From: a virus
Lineage: Duplodnaviria; Heunggongvirae; Uroviricota; Caudoviricetes
Virus record (IMG/VR): IMGVR_UViG_3300020498_000003
Length of the DNA: 10,847 bases
Direction: 5' to 3' (one strand)
The notes below the pieces were generated by a model. It ran no database searches and had not been told where the DNA came from. It saw only the letters and a list, made by a program, of their open reading frames with translations. This document shows, one piece after another, positions 7,147-10,847 of the stretch (positions within the stretch are counted from its first letter, which is position 1; the number at the start of each line of letters is the position of its first letter). The translations under genes and the position numbers were made by a program.

Positions 7147-8285
7147 GCCTCAAGTTGAAGGACTGTTAAAGTAACTGAAATGGATGCTGCAGACCCAGAT
7201 TTATTTACGATCTTTAAGTAAATATTTTCTGATGGAGTTTGATCATCATTAAATCCAATTGCAACTGGAGTCATTGCTTGAGTTGCTGCCGCTGTGGTTA
7301 TAACCTCTGCGACTACTCCAGAACCTGGAATTGGATCTGTAGTTTCAGATCTTCCTGCATCTGCTGTCCTAGAAACTGTTGATGTGTAAATTGTAACCCA
7401 AGCAGCAGCACTTGTTGTTATTTTCAGTAGAGCATAAGTCTTAAACCCAATAACTGCCACATCAGATGATGCATTATTTGCTATAGTACCAGTTGATACT
7501 GTAAGTGTTCCTCTTTGCTGAAGAGAACTTCCTCCTCCACCACCTGAAATATCGTCAATTGAATTTACCCAAGTTGTTCCATCATATTTTAATACCTGTC
7601 CAGTAGTTGGAGCAGTTACTTCAACATTAGATAAGTCCTGTATATTTACTGGAACATTAGGTTTATTTGTTAGATCGTTGTAACTACCAGAGAAAAGTGT
7701 GGGTTTACTTAACAGATCGTTATAAGAACCACTGGTCGCCACAGCAGATAATGTTGGTTTATTACCAAGATCATCATATAGACCACTAGTAGCAACGACA
7801 GATAACGATGGTTTGTTTAGAATTCTCGCTACACCAGAAGAAGCATTCCAATCAGTATTAACCTGAGCAGCAGGTATTGTTGGTTTATTCGTTAAATCAT
7901 TATAATTTCCCGAGAATAGTGCAGGTCTACCAGTAAGATCGCTATACGAACCACTGGTTGCCACAGCAGATAATGTTGGTCTATTTAAGATTTGAGATAT
8001 TCCAGAAGTGGCATTCCAATCAGAATTCACTTGAGCCGCTGGTATTACAGGTCTATTGATAAGATCATTATAATTTAGTGCAGCATTAATAAATGCCACC
8101 CCATTTGATCTTAATACCTGACCAACAGTAGATGATGTCTCAATATCAATTTTAATATTGGTGCCATCTCCGAGTTTTTCATATACCTCGTTAAGCATTG
8201 AATTTAACTTTTGACCAGCAGATCTCAGAGAGTCGCCAGTCCCGTCATTCGGAGATGCTCCAACATTTATTAATTGTTTTGCCAT
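7143..8285 (-). CDS. Fibre-like protein with a T4 gp9/gp10-like N-terminal anchor, a YxDLxxKP repeat shaft and an uncharacterised C-terminal head (380 aa)
   Basis: The N-terminus MAKQLINVGASPNDGTGDSLRSAGQKLNSMLNEVY matches the gp9/gp10-type anchor motif. It has six YxDLxx[KR]P repeats, a DLSNV..PTTGQVLKYDGTTWVN fibre motif, a poly-Gly linker and a ~125-aa beta-rich C-terminal domain. An AGGAG SD lies upstream, and the TGA stop overlaps the protease ATG (ATGA, 7143-7146). Confidence 0.8.
   Translation of the reverse strand: MAKQLINVGASPNDGTGDSLRSAGQKLNSMLNEVYEKLGDGTNIKIDIETSSTVGQVLRSNGVAFINAALNYNDLINRPVIPAAQVNSDWNATSGISQILNRPTLSAVATSGSYSDLTGRPALFSGNYNDLTNKPTIPAAQVNTDWNASSGVARILNKPSLSVVATSGLYDDLGNKPTLSAVATSGSYNDLLSKPTLFSGSYNDLTNKPNVPVNIQDLSNVEVTAPTTGQVLKYDGTTWVNSIDDISGGGGGSSLQQRGTLTVSTGTIANNASSDVAVIGFKTYALLKITTSAAAWVTIYTSTVSRTADAGRSETTDPIPGSGVVAEVITTAAATQAMTPVAIGFNDDQTPSENIYLKIVNKSGSAASISVTLTVLQLEA
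7714..7980. repeat. Direct repeat pair of 45 nt (7714-7758 and 7936-7980) within the fibre gene
   Basis: agatcgttataagaaccactggtcgccacagcagataatgttggt vs agatcgctatacgaaccactggttgccacagcagataatgttggt: 42/45 identical, with a 33-nt core at 32/33. The offset is 222 nt (74 codons), and both copies encode PTLSAVATSGSY.DL. Confidence 0.9.
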
Positions 8286-8296
8286 CTTTTTTATTA

Positions 8297-8301
8297 CTCC
8301 T
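8297..8301 (-). promoter_or_regulatory. Shine-Dalgarno AGGAG for the fibre gene
   Basis: + strand ctcct at 8297-8301, with an 11-nt spacer to the ATG at 8285. Confidence 0.65.
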
Positions 8302-8308
8302 ATAGATT

Positions 8309-8316
8309 TATTTATG
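8309..8316 (-). promoter_or_regulatory. Putative late promoter CATAAATA overlapping the gp7-like stop codon
   Basis: + strand tatttatg at 8309-8316. The minus strand reads TCA TAA ATA AAT CTATAGGAG, 23 nt upstream of the fibre ATG. Confidence 0.7.
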
Positions 8317-10847
8317 AAGCATCAAAAGTTATAAATGATAAATCAAATGTGGTAGCAGATGAATCAAATGATCCTTGCGTTTCTTCAGGATCTGGAATTT
8401 CTGTTAGAATTTCAATTTCTGGATATAAGTATCCAATTCCAGCATCTATAACATCAACTCTAGAAATACCAACTTGTGCCTTTACTTGTCCATCAAAACC
8501 AGTTGGTGAACTTAATGAAACTACAGGAGTTGAGGTATAACCCTCTCCGCCAGAAGTTAACTGTACAGTTCTAATTCTTCCTCTAATTAGATTTGCTAAT
8601 GCTTCACCATTTCTTCCAAAGACCGAACCAAGATAATCAAATGTGATCAATGAGTTTGATGATTCGACAATAGCAACAGTTCTATCTCTATCTTCAGATT
8701 CAATTTCAAGTTGGTCTCCAGATTCAATTGGTGGAATTACTGTAGCAGCAATAACATCAGCATCAGATCCAATATACGAGTATGCAACAAAGGTACTACC
8801 AGCACGAGGAACTTCCGCAAAGTTGATTCTTGAACCAACAATCTCAAATGCTACTCCTGGTTCTTGAATAACTCCATTTAATGATACAATGATATTATTT
8901 TCTGGTCTAATATTTGTAGACTGAACTCCATCTGTAATTGTTAATGAATAGAATACTTCATTTAATTTTAAGTTGAAGCTGCTTCTTAGTGAGTCAAACT
9001 CGAATGAAATATCATCTAGTTTTCTCAATTTACCAACATAAGTTCCGTGGAAAGTTGCTCCTAATTCTGGTGCCTCTAAGAATTCAATAACATCACTGAA
9101 TGTATTATATGATACTCCAGCTGGTTGTAGAATACCATTAATGTAAACTAGAACATAACCATCAGAATCTGGGAAGTATGAGATTCCATTATTAGATGTC
9201 AACTTAAATGTTGTTTGTGTGCCATCAAAACCTCTGAAGGATCTTGAAATTCTACCAACAACTTCTTTAACAGTGACAATACCAGATCTATAATCATTAG
9301 ACACTAACTGAGAATACTGTGTAAATGTTCCCTTAACGCCACTCAAATATAATCTATAGTTTGATCCAATTTGGAGAATTCTTTCAACATATCCGTATGC
9401 AATTTCGGACTGTACAGAAACAGATTCTACACTTGCGAATCCACTTGGATACTGTTCGGAACCAGCAAAATATGCAATAGTTTCTCCAACCTCAAAATTA
9501 TCATCATCTAGTAAATTGGAGATGTATAGATATTTTTGACCTCCATTCTGCTCATACTTGAGTAAAACTGCTTCTTTTCCTTGAGGAATATTGTCCGTAA
9601 CATTAACAATCTTTTCCCCAACCACAAATGTCGTAGATTCTTCATTTGGAAGATCTATCGTTAAACGATATACATTTGTAGTTTTTACAAGACTACCAAT
9701 AGATACCTGAGTTCCTTCATAACCTAAAGTATCAATATAGATGTCACTCGTCGAAGAATATACTACATTAGATACATGGAATTTATCATTAAGTGATTCA
9801 GTATCTAGTACTAACTTACCACCAGAAGTATCAAGTACTGGAGATGTTGTTCTTTCATATAGAGATACCGTGGATTCGGAATCAGATTTTGGTGCTCTGA
9901 TGTAATCTCCAGTGGAGAAACTTCCAAGGACATTCTTAAGTTGAACTCTATTATCAATAGAAACTATAGTTGCAGTGAAATTATCTTCATTTAAGAGAAC
10001 ATTGTTCACATTAAATGGACCGCTTTGGATTGCAACATCAATATAGTTAATAGTTTCGGAATAGTATACCGAATATACCTTACAAATTCTTGATGGTTGA
10101 CCTAAAACTGTAAGTTCCTGATTAATATCGAATGTTTCTACTGCTTCAGCAAAGTTAACTCTAAATCTCTTTAGAATAGTTTTTACATCTGCTCTATTGA
10201 TAATGATTGATGAAATCTCACCATATTCCTGAGAAGTTGTGCCATAGATATAATCTCCTTCAGTAATACCACCCTTAACTGGAGTTATTGGATCTCTAGT
10301 TGGATATACAATAGAAGGAATTACAATTGAATTTTCTGGAACAATAGCATTATCATCAATATATGATGAATTATTTAATGTTCCTAATAGTATGCTCATA
10401 TTATCATCAATAAATGACTGCATACTGGTCAAATTGCCCCCAGTTATTGAAATTGCAGAGTCTGTATATGAATAGAAACCAGCAGCACTAGAAGGAGATT
10501 GTAAAGTTTCTGCAACTGCTTGCTTCATCAAATCTCTAACTTGCTGGTATGCATAAATGCTCTGAATTAATTCTCCCTGTAGTGAAGTTACAGTTCCAGT
10601 TGCAGCATCAATATATGCAACAGTAGATTCGTAAATTCCACTATTGCCATCTGTTAATAGATCATATACAATAGCATCAACAATATATCCAATGTCTCTT
10701 ATGCACTTAGCATTTCCACCTGGGATTGAGAATCCTGGATAATTGTTAAGTGTTCTCTGAATAGTTTCATTCTGAATATACAACTTATTAAACATAATAA
10801 GTTTAGCAGCATCTCTCTTCACCTGTGTAGTTGGGATGAGAATATCA
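8312..10847 (-). CDS. C-terminal portion of a giant baseplate structural protein, gp7 (wedge initiator)-like; 5' end outside the window
   Basis: The frame stays open past the track's GTG at 10822 to the window edge (DILIPTTQ-VKRDAAKL). It contains the KCIRDIGYIVDAIVYDL helical motif (10658-10708), two tandem FD...F.L...NG.[IL]Q.P...F.E.P..G.TF domains (about 9038-9229 and 8774-8998) and GGEGY/AGIGY units, all typical of the very large cyanomyovirus gp7-type proteins. Its position upstream of gp8 fits. Confidence 0.75.
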   Translation of the reverse strand, partial: DILIPTTQVKRDAAKLIMFNKLYIQNETIQRTLNNYPGFSIPGGNAKCIRDIGYIVDAIVYDLLTDGNSGIYESTVAYIDAATGTVTSLQGELIQSIYAYQQVRDLMKQAVAETLQSPSSAAGFYSYTDSAISITGGNLTSMQSFIDDNMSILLGTLNNSSYIDDNAIVPENSIVIPSIVYPTRDPITPVKGGITEGDYIYGTTSQEYGEISSIIINRADVKTILKRFRVNFAEAVETFDINQELTVLGQPSRICKVYSVYYSETINYIDVAIQSGPFNVNNVLLNEDNFTATIVSIDNRVQLKNVLGSFSTGDYIRAPKSDSESTVSLYERTTSPVLDTSGGKLVLDTESLNDKFHVSNVVYSSTSDIYIDTLGYEGTQVSIGSLVKTTNVYRLTIDLPNEESTTFVVGEKIVNVTDNIPQGKEAVLLKYEQNGGQKYLYISNLLDDDNFEVGETIAYFAGSEQYPSGFASVESVSVQSEIAYGYVERILQIGSNYRLYLSGVKGTFTQYSQLVSNDYRSGIVTVKEVVGRISRSFRGFDGTQTTFKLTSNNGISYFPDSDGYVLVYINGILQPAGVSYNTFSDVIEFLEAPELGATFHGTYVGKLRKLDDISFEFDSLRSSFNLKLNEVFYSLTITDGVQSTNIRPENNIIVSLNGVIQEPGVAFEIVGSRINFAEVPRAGSTFVAYSYIGSDADVIAATVIPPIESGDQLEIESEDRDRTVAIVESSNSLITFDYLGSVFGRNGEALANLIRGRIRTVQLTSGGEGYTSTPVVSLSSPTGFDGQVKAQVGISRVDVIDAGIGYLYPEIEILTEIPDPEETQGSFDSSATTFDLSFITFDAS

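Noticed and set aside
7656-8078. Fibre repeats as a CRISPR array or a DGR template/variable repeat pair
   Set aside because: The repeats are in-frame coding units without unique spacers. The three mismatches are not an adenine-specific pattern, the repeat is not at the C-terminus, and no reverse transcriptase is present in the window.
1755-8311. Rho-independent terminators, tRNAs, introns or homing endonucleases at gene junctions
   Set aside because: The intergenic gaps are only 16-47 nt with no GC-rich hairpin plus U-tract or cloverleaf, and no ORF is interrupted.
8274-8867. Plus-strand ORFs 8274-8540 and 8643-8867
   Set aside because: They are antisense shadows of the gp7-like gene.
7643-10377. 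Additional intragenic TAAATA hexamers (7643-7648, 7982-7987, 10372-10377)
   Set aside because: They are far from any start codon and expected by chance at this AT content.

Overview
All real genes in this window lie on the minus strand. It is the baseplate-wedge region of a T4-like myovirus, most consistent with a cyanomyovirus. In transcription order (right to left) it holds: the 3' end of a giant gp7-like baseplate protein (5' end outside the window), a 380-aa gp9/gp10-anchored repetitive fibre, a translationally coupled 553-aa subtilisin-like (S8) protease with an intact D/H/N/S catalytic set, a 702-aa glycine-repeat structural protein, baseplate wedge gp8, and the first 584 codons of a VrlC/DUF4815-like structural protein that the ORF track omitted. 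T4-late-promoter-like TAAATA boxes sit at three of the five gene junctions. The main candidate for an undescribed system is the fibre + protease pair inside the baseplate operon. It is flanked by identical TCATAAATA stop/promoter motifs and preceded by a three-fold FD-x5 peptide at the end of gp7, which suggests a baseplate-mounted fibre that displays a protease. Family assignments come from motif recognition only; no database search was run.
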